Below are positions 7,408 to 16,266 of a DNA stretch of 33,042 nucleotides, piece by piece. Position 1 is the first letter of the stretch, and every line of letters begins with the position of its first letter. The translations under genes and the position numbers were made by a program. Below the pieces are notes generated by a model. That model did no database searches. It had not been told where the DNA came from and saw nothing but the letters and a program-made list of their open reading frames with translations. The stretch lies in contig CAJBHC010000079.1 in the NCBI GenBank assembly GCA_903952785.1, positions 1-33,042 of the forward strand, in the 5' to 3' direction. This DNA comes from an uncultured bacterium. GTDB lineage: Bacteria; Patescibacteriota; Minisyncoccia; Phycocordibacterales; CAIZLB01.

Positions 7408-8742
7408 TTAAATCATTGCCTTAATTTGATTGATTTCAGACTGTAGTTCAGAGTTTATTTTAAGCTCATTCTTTATCTTTTCACAGGAGTGAATTACTGT
7501 TGTGTGATCTCTTCCTCCTAATTTTTGACCTATGGAAGGGAGTGAAATGTTATAAAACTCTCTAAGTATATACATAGTTAATTGTCTTGGTTTAACAACT
7601 TCTTGTCTTCTTGTTTTGTTGTATATAGCATTTTCCTCCAGATTATAAAAAGAAGAAACAGCTCTAACGACATCTTTAACAGATACATTTCTGTGAGGTT
7701 TTCCTGAATTTTTTGTGAGTTGTTTAACTTCCGATAGGGTTAAGTCCCTCCCTTTTAGCTGGGATTGGCATATTACAGTGTTTAAGATACCCTCTAGTTC
7801 CCTTATACTTCCCCCAACGGAGGATGCTAAGCAAGCGGATATTTCATTCGATAGAGAAAAGTTATTAATTCTAGCTTTTGTTTTGAGAATAGCCATTCTT
7901 GATTCAGTGTCAGCTGGAGAGATGTCAATAATCATACCGGCCATAAATCTTGATTTTAAACGATTCTCTATATTAGGGAGGTAATTTACATGCACATCTG
8001 ATGAAAATATGATTTGTTTATTATTGTCATATAAATGATTAAACAAATGGAACAATTCTTCCTGAGTCTTTTCTTTATTCGATAGGAATTGTATATCATC
8101 TATGATTAAAACATCATATTTTCTATATTTGTCCTTAAAATTATTGATTTTTCCAGCTTGAAGTGATGTTATATAGTCAGTAGTGAACTTTTCAGAGGTA
8201 ACATAAAAAACCCGTCTATCCTTGTTGTGATTCTTTATATGATTCCCAATAGCCTGCATTAGGTGTGTTTTTCCTAACCCAGTGTTTCCATAATAGAAAA
8301 GGGGGTTGTAGGCAACAGGTTTTTTAATTATTGCCTGTGCTGCAGCATGAGCAAGTTCATTAAATTGCCCAACGACGAAGTTTTCAAAGGTATAACGAGG
8401 ATTTAAATTATCTTCAGGGTTAATAAATAGGCCACTAAGCGGTAATTCTTTTCCCAAAGAGGTTTCATCATCTACCCCATCTTCCCTTTTCTTCTTTTGA
8501 GTAGCGATTATGTAGTCTACAGATCTTATGTTTTCATCTTCTGTCCTAAGAATTTCCAAAATTTTTTTATGATATCTTTGGGAAAGCCACTCTTTTGCAA
8601 AGGTGTTTGGAACAGCTAGATAAACCACCCCACCATCTATTTTACTTATATAAGTATCTTTAAACCATGTTGAAAAATTAGCTCTTGAGACTTCAATTTC
8701 CATTTGTGCTAATACTCCATCCCATAGTTTTTTTATCTCCAT
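7408..8742 (-). CDS. dnaA: Chromosomal replication initiator DnaA
   Basis: GNTGLGKTHL (Walker A), LIIDDIQFL, SRFMAGMIIDI, and the C-terminal DNA-binding signature GGRDHTTVIHSCEKI. I prefer the ATG at 8742 (MEIKKLWDGVL, 444 aa). The track start at 8838 adds 32 odd residues and covers a perfect DnaA box. Confidence 0.95.
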   Translation of the reverse strand: MEIKKLWDGVLAQMEIEVSRANFSTWFKDTYISKIDGGVVYLAVPNTFAKEWLSQRYHKKILEILRTEDENIRSVDYIIATQKKKREDGVDDETSLGKELPLSGLFINPEDNLNPRYTFENFVVGQFNELAHAAAQAIIKKPVAYNPLFYYGNTGLGKTHLMQAIGNHIKNHNKDRRVFYVTSEKFTTDYITSLQAGKINNFKDKYRKYDVLIIDDIQFLSNKEKTQEELFHLFNHLYDNNKQIIFSSDVHVNYLPNIENRLKSRFMAGMIIDISPADTESRMAILKTKARINNFSLSNEISACLASSVGGSIRELEGILNTVICQSQLKGRDLTLSEVKQLTKNSGKPHRNVSVKDVVRAVSSFYNLEENAIYNKTRRQEVVKPRQLTMYILREFYNISLPSIGQKLGGRDHTTVIHSCEKIKNELKINSELQSEINQIKAMI

Positions 8743-8811
8743 ATTGCTAAATATTATACCCCCTGCTTTTTTAAAAGAAACTTGAAGAAAAACCAAAAGT
8801 ATGTTGATACC

Positions 8812-8820
8812 TGTGGATAA
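8812..8820. promoter_or_regulatory. Consensus DnaA box upstream of dnaA
   Basis: TGTGGATAA on the plus strand equals TTATCCACA on the dnaA strand. It lies 70 nt upstream of the preferred dnaA ATG. A TATAAT box sits at 8758-8753 (minus). Confidence 0.5.
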
Positions 8821-8919
8821 CTCATTTACAATTTCCAAAAGTGTTTTTTGATTTTTCTACTCAATAGAATAGGTTGGTGTGAGTTTACAAAAAAACAAAA
8901 ATGATGTAATATCCTTGTT

Positions 8920-9054
8920 ATGTCGCAAACATACCAACCAAACAAAAGAAAAAGAGCAAAAACTCACGGTTTTCTTGTTAGAACCGCCACTCATGGTGGA
9001 CGCCGTGTTCTAGCTGCTCGTCGAGCAAAAGGTAGAAAGAAGTTGTCTGTATAG
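8920..9054 (+). CDS. rpmH: 50S ribosomal protein L34 (missing from the ORF track)
   Basis: Hand translation: [44 protein letters not shown], then TAG. This fits the L34 consensus and the rpmH-rnpA-yidC order. Confidence 0.95.
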   Translation: MSQTYQPNKRKRAKTHGFLVRTATHGGRRVLAARRAKGRKKLSV

Positions 9055-9096
9055 TCTCGCTTGATTTGGTGTTAAACACCTAGAATAAAGCCATTT

Positions 9097-9474
9097 ATGA
9101 CCATTAAAAGCCTCTCTTCCCTGCAAATTGCTTCGATAATGAAAAAAGGTAAAGCCTATAATTCAGGCTTTTTTCTTTTAAAAACACTAGACATTCCACT
9201 TAAAATGGGTGATGAGGTAACGAAATCAGTTGTTTTTGGAGCATTCATTTCTTCGAAAAAGGTCTTTGTAAAGGCGGTTGACAGAAACAGGGCCAAAAGA
9301 AGGCTAAAAGAAGCTTTTTTAAAGGCTGTAGCGGAAATAGAGGTAAATAATTTAGAGGTCCAAATTCCTTGTTTTGTTATTTTATCAAAAATAGATGCTG
9401 TTAAGGTTGATTTTAAGGATGTTGTTAATGATATAAAGCAAATTTTATTAAAAAATTATATAATAGGACAATGA
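9097..9474 (+). CDS. rnpA: Ribonuclease P protein component
   Basis: RNRAKRRLKEAF (RNR motif), 125 aa, downstream of rpmH. Its TGA stop overlaps the yidC ATG (ATGA). Confidence 0.9.
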   Translation: MTIKSLSSLQIASIMKKGKAYNSGFFLLKTLDIPLKMGDEVTKSVVFGAFISSKKVFVKAVDRNRAKRRLKEAFLKAVAEIEVNNLEVQIPCFVILSKIDAVKVDFKDVVNDIKQILLKNYIIGQ

Positions 9475-10208
9475 TATCAAATTTTTTTAGTGTTACATTT
9501 TATAATCCACTATACAACGGCTTAGTTTTTATAATAAACCATACACCAGGTGCTGATTTGGGTGTTGCTGTTATAGTTTTTACTTGTATTGTTAAGTTTG
9601 TTCTTATTCCCCTTTCCAAGAGTTCTGTTGTTACACAACTAAAAATGAAGGCCTTGGAGCCTGAATTAAGTAAAATAAAGGAACAGTATGCAAGCAACAA
9701 GGAAGAGCAAGCTAGAAAGATGTTTGAATTCTATAAAGTAAACAAACTAAACCCTTTTTCAGGTATTGTTTTGTTGTTAATTCAACTTCCAATTATTTTA
9801 TCTTTAGCTAGTATCTTTTATACATCAGGATTACCTAATATAAATGCTAATATTTTATACAGCTTCATCCCCAATCCACAAACAGTCAACACTTTCTTTT
9901 TGGGCCTTTTAGATATAACAAAAAAGAATATTTGGTTAAGTATTATAGTTGGTGTAACTCAGTTTATACAGATAAGATATTCTGTTCCAGCTTATAAATC
10001 AACAGGAAAGACTGGAAAACAAGAAGATTTTGCTAAAAGTATGAACGTTCAAATGAGATACACCATGCCTGCAATAGTTTTTCTTATTTCATTTAGCTTA
10101 ACTTCAGCTATCTCACTTTATTGGATTACCTCAAATATATTTGCTATTGCTCAGGAGGTTTATTTTAGAAAAACAGTCAAGAAGGATTTAGAGGAAAAAG
10201 GTATATAG
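9471..10208 (+). CDS. yidC: YidC/Oxa1-family membrane protein insertase (short form)
   Basis: 245 aa with multiple hydrophobic segments. Motifs: KMKALEPELSKIKEQY, YKVNKLNPFSG, LLIQLPI. Conserved position after rnpA. Confidence 0.85.
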   Translation: MISNFFSVTFYNPLYNGLVFIINHTPGADLGVAVIVFTCIVKFVLIPLSKSSVVTQLKMKALEPELSKIKEQYASNKEEQARKMFEFYKVNKLNPFSGIVLLLIQLPIILSLASIFYTSGLPNINANILYSFIPNPQTVNTFFLGLLDITKKNIWLSIIVGVTQFIQIRYSVPAYKSTGKTGKQEDFAKSMNVQMRYTMPAIVFLISFSLTSAISLYWITSNIFAIAQEVYFRKTVKKDLEEKGI

Positions 10209-10268
10209 AAAAAAACTCTTTAAATAAGAGCTTTTTTGTTATCTGTTATATTAGGTTTTAGAGGTTGT

Positions 10269-11756
10269 TTATCTTGTGGAGGTGGCTGTTGATGTTGCTT
10301 TTGCTTTTGCTTTTGCTTTTGCTTTTGTACTAGTGCTCATTTTTGAAGAAGAATTTTTGATTGATTTTGTTGAGGAGGTGGAAGTTGCTTTTTGAGGTTT
10401 TTCTATTTGTAGACCCCATAAACTAAGGTCCTTTTTGTTTGTAAAAATTAAATAATCCTCGTTTTTATTAAGTATTGGATTAACAACATCTATCCCTTCT
10501 TTAACAGAATTCTTAATAACATAAACAAGTTTGTTTTCCATTGTTTCTGTGTTTATTTTCCAAACATTATCATTAAAGAATACCAACCCTTGATACCATG
10601 CATCTGGATATGGTGCATAAACTATAGACTCGCCAGCAGAACAAAATAGTGTGTTTTTTTCTAAAATAGACCACACACACTTTTCTGGCATTGTTCTTAT
10701 ATAAATATCTTTACTGGATTGTGTTTTAAGATTCAAAACACTAAGTTTCATAGATCCTTCAATACTTTCTCCAACTAAAACATTTAATCCGTCTGGTGAA
10801 ACTAGCGTTGTTAGGCCCGCCTGACCCCCCGTGAGTCTTTTAAAGACTTTATTTTTGATGTTAATAGAATAAGCAAAACCCTCTGAATATGCTGATGGTT
10901 TGGTGTTTAGTATAAGGGTGTCTTTGTTTGGATAAGATAATAACCACTCTCTAAATGGAGATTTATAAACATTGAAAACGCCAGTTCCATCCAATCTGCT
11001 TATGTTTATTGATGAACCCACACCTTTTTGTTCTGTATAATATGCAAAGTAGTCTTTTTCAGGCGACAAAACAACAGATAACAGATTGTAAGGAAGCTCC
11101 TTTGTTTTAAGTGACATTATTGTTGATGTTGGTGTATCAAGGGATGATGTTCCATATCTTGTTTGAATAACGTCTGAATTACCAAGAAGACCTCTCATTA
11201 ATACATTATTGCCTTTTTTATCAAAGAAAGCCTCATTTATTCTAGTATATGTTGAGTTTGTAATTCTCTCGTTTGTGTTTGTTGAGGATGCGGTTTCGTA
11301 TATTTTACCAGTTCCCCTCTCTATGTATCTAATTTTTTCTTCTTGACCTAAAATCTTTGGTTTTATAACTGTTGTTTTCTTGTTTTTACTTGAGGAAGAT
11401 GTTGAGGCGGTGGTTGTTCCTGTGTATGTTGGTGTCGATGAAGCAACAATATCCCTGATTACAAAATCAGCGCCAGATATTGGACCTGCAGTAATCATCC
11501 TAAGGGCAGGCGTTTTTGGGGTTGTGGTTGATGTTGGTTTGTCTATTGTGTTGTTATCTTGGTTTTCAACACTGTTTGTATTGTCTGATGGAAGGTCTGT
11601 TCTAACATTACCAACTCCCCCAAAAATGGTTTTGTCAGTTGGGGTTGACTCTATGTTTTTTGTAGATTGTTGGGTGTAAAAATATATACCAGAAACAACA
11701 CCAACACCAATGCTTAGAATTATTAATATTAATATTGTGAGTTTTGTTTTAGACAT
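10269..11756 (-). CDS. Signal-anchored protein: Ser/Thr-rich stalk, putative PD40/TolB-like beta-propeller, (KA)n tail
   Basis: N-terminal TM LTILILIILSIGVGVVSGIYFY, then a long S/T-rich segment. SPDG-type repeats (LSPEKDYFAY, VSPDGLNVLV, NEDYLIFT) suggest PD40 blades. C-terminal KAKAKAKAKA. The fold call is by eye only. Confidence 0.6.
   Translation of the reverse strand: MSKTKLTILILIILSIGVGVVSGIYFYTQQSTKNIESTPTDKTIFGGVGNVRTDLPSDNTNSVENQDNNTIDKPTSTTTPKTPALRMITAGPISGADFVIRDIVASSTPTYTGTTTASTSSSSKNKKTTVIKPKILGQEEKIRYIERGTGKIYETASSTNTNERITNSTYTRINEAFFDKKGNNVLMRGLLGNSDVIQTRYGTSSLDTPTSTIMSLKTKELPYNLLSVVLSPEKDYFAYYTEQKGVGSSINISRLDGTGVFNVYKSPFREWLLSYPNKDTLILNTKPSAYSEGFAYSINIKNKVFKRLTGGQAGLTTLVSPDGLNVLVGESIEGSMKLSVLNLKTQSSKDIYIRTMPEKCVWSILEKNTLFCSAGESIVYAPYPDAWYQGLVFFNDNVWKINTETMENKLVYVIKNSVKEGIDVVNPILNKNEDYLIFTNKKDLSLWGLQIEKPQKATSTSSTKSIKNSSSKMSTSTKAKAKAKAKATSTATSTR
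10297..10326. repeat. Hexanucleotide microsatellite (GCTTTT)x5 inside the 3' end of the CDS
   Basis: Five perfect tandem copies encode (Lys-Ala)5 on the minus strand. The unit length keeps the reading frame. Confidence 0.95.
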
Positions 11757-11760
11757 TGAT

Positions 11761-12513
11761 TTAAGGTTTTATTTCGGTTTTTTGGAATATATCTCCTGAT
11801 CCGTTGTTAACCAAGGCTGGGTTGATTGTGTAAAGTAGAACATATGAAAATAATGCTATAAAAAGACCTGCAAAAGCGGCGTTTATTTTTTTTCTACCAG
11901 AATCTGTTCCTTGTATTGTGTCGGTTGTTGCCAATTGAATTCCCCCAAAAGATATCATTACAATAGATAGACCTATTGCCGCCATTACACCAAGTCTGTA
12001 GACTTTAAAGAAAAATGGACTTAATCCATTGGAAATATCAAATTTTTCTACAACATTTTTTCCACTACCTGTTTTGTCTCCAATTAATCCATTGAGTGGT
12101 GCAAGTAAACAATAATTCCATTTTCCTTTTGAGGGTGAAATACCACAAGACTCAGGGTTTGGAGGTTCCTGTTGATCTAACATAGCTTGCGTTTGTTGTC
12201 CTGGGGTTATGACTGGAGATGGGGCTGTTGAAAAACCAGGTGTCCAAGATGGTACGGGAGCACTGTTGTTTATTTGAGATGGGTTCGTGTTAGAGACGCC
12301 TGTTGGAATATTCCAATTAGTTTCATCCTCGGCATAAAACGGGAAAGATTGAGAAACGCCATTTTGTGGGGGTAAATCAATTATAACATCTTCAGCTTGT
12401 GTTACTTTCACTGAGCCCACTATTAAAAACGAGTAACCAAACAAGGATATAATAATAAGTAAAGATAAAATCTTTTTATTCCAATCAATAAAATTGTTAT
12501 TAAAAATATTCAT
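11761..12513 (-). CDS. TrbC/VirB2-like type IV secretion pilin (CPR/Gram-positive T4SS_pilin type)
   Basis: Signal anchor with VTQA-ED cleavage-like site, then a Pro-rich spacer. The C-terminal module reads CLLAPLNGLIG ... two hydrophobic helices (LGVMAAIGLSIVMISFGGIQL and AAFAGLFIALFSYVLLY) ... TINPALV. From memory this matches the Pfam T4SS_pilin family. I prefer the ATG at 12513 over the TTG at 12564. Confidence 0.6.
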   Translation of the reverse strand: MNIFNNNFIDWNKKILSLLIIISLFGYSFLIVGSVKVTQAEDVIIDLPPQNGVSQSFPFYAEDETNWNIPTGVSNTNPSQINNSAPVPSWTPGFSTAPSPVITPGQQTQAMLDQQEPPNPESCGISPSKGKWNYCLLAPLNGLIGDKTGSGKNVVEKFDISNGLSPFFFKVYRLGVMAAIGLSIVMISFGGIQLATTDTIQGTDSGRKKINAAFAGLFIALFSYVLLYTINPALVNNGSGDIFQKTEIKP

Positions 12514-12576
12514 TACTAATATAATACAACAAATAAGGTTTGATGTATATTTAAATATCACCAACCTTATAAATAT

Positions 12577-13662
12577 CTAGTTGTTCTTAAACAAAAAATC
12601 TATAGCACTTCTTGTTGTTTGCATTATGTGTGTTGGGTTTGAGATATCCACAAAAACACTCGCTAAATCAACCTTCTCTTTGGAGTTTTTCTTGATGGTA
12701 ACCGTATTTGTATTGCTTGGAATATTAATCTTCTCAGAGTTTACATACCACGTGTATTCCAAACCAGAGCTTTTGTTGTTTATACTAAAATTATATGGAA
12801 ATACGCTTATTTTTGATTCATTTCTACTACCCAGGTTTATTTGGTTCATTAAGGAATAGTTAAACATTATACCGTTTGTTGGGTTGTCTTCGTAAAACAA
12901 AGCAAAAGAGTTCTTTTCTGATAATACACTGCTACCAACCCCTTTTCTTGTCTCTTGTCCAGATGGATATGCCTCAACCCCAATTTCTTTATCTAGCGGT
13001 ATTATATCAGCTGTATACTTGAAGTAGTTTTTACCATACCCAGAATTATCTCCCATAACCTCTCTATCTACACTCCATTTGTACACAATATTTGAATCAC
13101 TAACCCTGGAGGAGCCATTAATAAAATTTGGTATTGCAACCATTGTCACAGAAGATTCTGGAGAAAACAATGCTTTTCCTTTATAAAATGGGGGTGTATA
13201 TGTCTCCGCTTGCCACAAAAGATCTACGTTTGAGGGGTTGAAAACAAAGTTTCTTGTAATTTGGGGTTGGTTTTTTGGAAAGATGTTTAGCACTACCCTA
13301 CTTTCCCCAGATGTACCAACGTTGAATACAAATTTCTTTTGACCGTCACCTCTTAATTTTTCTTTGCCGTTAATAGTCCATTGTATATTTGTTGAGTTTA
13401 GATCTAATCCATAAGTCTCAATCATGATTGTAACATCATCGTTTGGTTTTGGTGTTTCTGGAGAAATGTTAATATCTAATTGTTGTTTAATCTCCTTTAT
13501 TTGTTCTGGTATTGGTGAATCAGATGAGTTTAGTAAATTCCCTGTTTGAGCGGAGGCCTTAGTTATTAAAGGGTTGTTGCTGCTTTGATTAAAAACAAAA
13601 AATGTAAAAACAGCTGTGATTATCAAAATTGTTTTTATGTTTTGTTTTTTAATTTTAATCAT
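12577..13662 (-). CDS. Signal-anchored secreted protein, unknown function (beta-rich)
   Basis: 361 aa. N-terminal TM KTILIITAVFTFFVF; the rest is hydrophilic and beta-strand-like. Lies within the T4SS-like gene run. No family recognised. Confidence 0.75.
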   Translation of the reverse strand: MIKIKKQNIKTILIITAVFTFFVFNQSSNNPLITKASAQTGNLLNSSDSPIPEQIKEIKQQLDINISPETPKPNDDVTIMIETYGLDLNSTNIQWTINGKEKLRGDGQKKFVFNVGTSGESRVVLNIFPKNQPQITRNFVFNPSNVDLLWQAETYTPPFYKGKALFSPESSVTMVAIPNFINGSSRVSDSNIVYKWSVDREVMGDNSGYGKNYFKYTADIIPLDKEIGVEAYPSGQETRKGVGSSVLSEKNSFALFYEDNPTNGIMFNYSLMNQINLGSRNESKISVFPYNFSINNKSSGLEYTWYVNSEKINIPSNTNTVTIKKNSKEKVDLASVFVDISNPTHIMQTTRSAIDFLFKNN

Positions 13663-13669
13663 TTAAATA

Positions 13670-13678
13670 ATTATATCA
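13670..13678 (-). promoter_or_regulatory. Extended -10 box TGATATAAT, 7 nt upstream of the ATG at 13662
   Basis: Minus-strand TGATATAAT (13678-13670), then TATTTAA, then ATG. This geometry predicts a leaderless transcript. Confidence 0.4.
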
Positions 13679-13774
13679 CTAATTATACACTGCAAATAAC
13701 TTTTTGTTTAGAATTTATACACAGATGTGTAAAATCATTTATATTAACTCGCGCACACGTTCAACTTCACCCCC

Positions 13775-14269
13775 CTACTTCTTTATCATAGACATTGCTT
13801 TTTGCACTGCGTGTGACGATTCCGTGGCGCCCTCTTGATCTTGTCCACCACCCCAAACCATAGGGCCAACATTTAGAATTACAGCCAAGGTAAAGGCGGG
13901 AATTATACTTATCGCTGGAATAAATTCAACCAAATCACAGCTGCCAAATTTCATTATGTTTTTAAAATGAAATTTAACACCAAGTTTCCAGTACAAAAGA
14001 AGTAATGATACAGTCCCTATAAACCACCCAATAAAAGGAATTACACTAATTACATCTAAAACAATACCAAGCACGATCGACAACAAAAAAACCTTTATTG
14101 TAACCCGCTTCTCACCTTGGCTTTCGCTACCAAAAACAACACCTTCATTATCCCCCTCATCGTCCTCTTCATCAAAATCATCATCCTCAAGGTCTTTTGT
14201 CAAAGAATTCCGACCAAGATATCTTTTGTTGGAGAGTTTATATTGACTTTCTGCTTGCTTTTCGTTCAT
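13775..14269 (-). CDS. Small membrane protein with acidic N-terminus, unknown function
   Basis: 164 aa. DDDFDEEDDEGDNEG is followed by 3-4 hydrophobic segments (VFLLSIVLGIVLDVISVIPFIGWFIGTVSLLLLYW, IPAISIIPAFTLAVIL). Directly downstream of VirB4. Confidence 0.7.
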   Translation of the reverse strand: MNEKQAESQYKLSNKRYLGRNSLTKDLEDDDFDEEDDEGDNEGVVFGSESQGEKRVTIKVFLLSIVLGIVLDVISVIPFIGWFIGTVSLLLLYWKLGVKFHFKNIMKFGSCDLVEFIPAISIIPAFTLAVILNVGPMVWGGGQDQEGATESSHAVQKAMSMIKK

Positions 14270-14361
14270 TACATATATATTAACAGACTACACAATAATA
14301 AAAAAGCCTTTTCTTAAAAAAGCTTTTTTACTAAACATACAAAAATCCGCCTGTGCCCGGT

Positions 14362-16209
14362 TTAAATACTTCTCTTTAAATTCTCCATTTCAGTAGCTCT
14401 CTGCTCAGCTAATTCAGCCTTTTCTTTCTTTATTTGCAAAACTTCAGATGGTTTTGATGTAATAATTTGGTTTTCTGTATATGAAGCAATAACTTTAATA
14501 GCAACGTGTTTAAGGCCGGCAAAGAACATTCCCTCTCCAACATCGGACTCAAGAAGAAGGTATTTTTCCTCATCAGTTAAATTAAAAGTTTTTTGAACAA
14601 TATCAATTGACGATGGGGACTGTTTTAACAAAATCTGAATAGATGAGTTGGAAATAATTGGTAGTCCATAAGGAGATTTTAGAAAGTCTTCAACGTCTTG
14701 TGTAATTGTGGCTAGCCCTAAATAATATTTTCTACCTCTTTTTGCTAATCCAAGTAGGAATGAGGCCGTATCTTCAGACTTCATCAAATACCACGCCTCG
14801 TCAATAACAAGCAGTCTCTTTTTTAATTCCTTTCTAATAGCATTCCAAATATAGTGCATAACAATGTACATCGCAACCGGCTTTAGCTCCTCCTCCATAT
14901 CTCTGAGTGAAAAGACAACAAACTTTTTATTGATATCAATATTTGATGGCCTGTTAATGAAACCAGCCCATGTTCCCTTTGTATATTTAGTTAATCTCTG
15001 AGCCAGTGATTCACCTCCTTCCATTCCGCCCAACACAAGCTCAAAATCAGACATTAGTGGAGGTTCAGCTGCGGCAAAGTTAGACTCAGGGGTAATATCC
15101 TTAAGGGCATAGGTTTCTGTGATGGCTCTGTCCATGACAGCATCTTCCTCTGGAGTAAGCCCTCCAAGCATTATTCTAAACAATCCAACAAGGTTGATGA
15201 TGTTTGAACGTAAAACATCCGCTGAAGACTCACCCTCTCTTGGAACTGGTAAATCAAATGGATTGATATGGTGCTCTGATGTAAGGGAAATATTAAAATA
15301 TCTTCCTCCTGTTGCTTCTGCTAGGTATTCATACTCTCTTTCTGGGTCAAGAACTATTACATCTGTATCAAACATCATTGATCTGATAATTTCTAGTTTT
15401 GTTTGATATGACTTACCAGATCCTGCTTTTGCAAAAGTTACGGAATTGTAGTTTTCTAGGGAAAATCTATCAAAAAGTATTAAACTTGAGTTGTGTCTGT
15501 TGATTCCGTACAAAATTCCCTTGTCAGATGTAAGGTCAAAGGAGATGAAGGGAAAAATGCTGGACAGTGGCTCTGAGTTTAGTTTTGAGTGAACCCCCAA
15601 TTTATCTTCCCCAATAGGAAGAACACTCTGAAAACCTTGCTCCTGTTGGAAAAGGGCTGGTTTTATAAAAACCAAGTTTGATTCAAGTATTGATTTAATC
15701 TCAGACTCTATTTTGTCCAATTCCTGCTCGTTTTCTCCGTAGATAGACAAGTATAGCCCCACATCAAAAAGTCTCTCCTGTGCCTGTTGTAGCTTGTCTC
15801 GTAGCTCTTCTAGATCTTGATAGGCGGTGTCTAACTTTGGGTCTCTAACTAATCCTTTTGTCTCTCTTGTGCTAATGTCAACTTCAATGTCTGCAACTTT
15901 TTTTGTAAACTGTCTAAGAATTGTTGAAGTATCAATTGGGTGTATAAAAATTGATATATCAAAAACCTTGTCTAGGTTGATTATTGGAGAAAACCAATTT
16001 GCCGACAAAAATCTCGGATAGGAAATAACAAAGAATGTTCTAACTATCTTCTCCCCAAGGTTTATTGTTTTAGGGCTAATTTTAAGACCAGAAGGAGCAA
16101 TAATGTCCTGTAGTTCCAAAACACCAGACTGATATATTTCTTTTGGTAGGATGGAGCTAATCGGAGAACTTTCCTGTGGTTTTGTTTTTAAAAAATCTAG
16201 TAAACTCAT
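14362..16209 (-). CDS. virB4: VirB4/TraC/ConE-type type IV secretion ATPase (lacks the usual N-terminal segment)
   Basis: Walker A FAKAGSGKSYQTK, Walker B LLVIDEAWYLM, VLDPEREYEYLAEATGG, HINPFDL, GLATITQDVEDF. The upstream motif VRTFFVISYPRFLSANWFSPI is typical of Gram-positive VirB4 proteins. Confidence 0.9.
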   Translation of the reverse strand: MSLLDFLKTKPQESSPISSILPKEIYQSGVLELQDIIAPSGLKISPKTINLGEKIVRTFFVISYPRFLSANWFSPIINLDKVFDISIFIHPIDTSTILRQFTKKVADIEVDISTRETKGLVRDPKLDTAYQDLEELRDKLQQAQERLFDVGLYLSIYGENEQELDKIESEIKSILESNLVFIKPALFQQEQGFQSVLPIGEDKLGVHSKLNSEPLSSIFPFISFDLTSDKGILYGINRHNSSLILFDRFSLENYNSVTFAKAGSGKSYQTKLEIIRSMMFDTDVIVLDPEREYEYLAEATGGRYFNISLTSEHHINPFDLPVPREGESSADVLRSNIINLVGLFRIMLGGLTPEEDAVMDRAITETYALKDITPESNFAAAEPPLMSDFELVLGGMEGGESLAQRLTKYTKGTWAGFINRPSNIDINKKFVVFSLRDMEEELKPVAMYIVMHYIWNAIRKELKKRLLVIDEAWYLMKSEDTASFLLGLAKRGRKYYLGLATITQDVEDFLKSPYGLPIISNSSIQILLKQSPSSIDIVQKTFNLTDEEKYLLLESDVGEGMFFAGLKHVAIKVIASYTENQIITSKPSEVLQIKKEKAELAEQRATEMENLKRSI

Positions 16210-16241
16210 GTTGTTTTAATTGTACGCTAAAATGCATAAAA

Positions 16242-16250
16242 ATTCTATCA
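16242..16250 (-). promoter_or_regulatory. Extended -10-like box TGATAGAAT upstream of virB4
   Basis: Minus-strand TGATAGAAT (16250-16242), 32 nt before the ATG at 16209. No Shine-Dalgarno sequence lies between them. Confidence 0.3.
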
Positions 16251-16266
16251 CGATTCTATTCTAAAT

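Noticed and set aside
8743-8838. Upstream ATG extending DnaA by 32 residues
   Set aside because: The extension is hydrophobic and unlike DnaA, and it overlies a perfect DnaA box and a TATAAT box. The ATG at 8742 gives a standard 444-aa DnaA starting MEIKKLWD.
9472-9474. Alternative genetic code with UGA recoded (as in some CPR lineages)
   Set aside because: TGA ends rnpA in a classic ATGA overlap with the yidC start and also ends the DUF721-like ORF. The conserved proteins translate full-length without needing in-frame TGA read-through.
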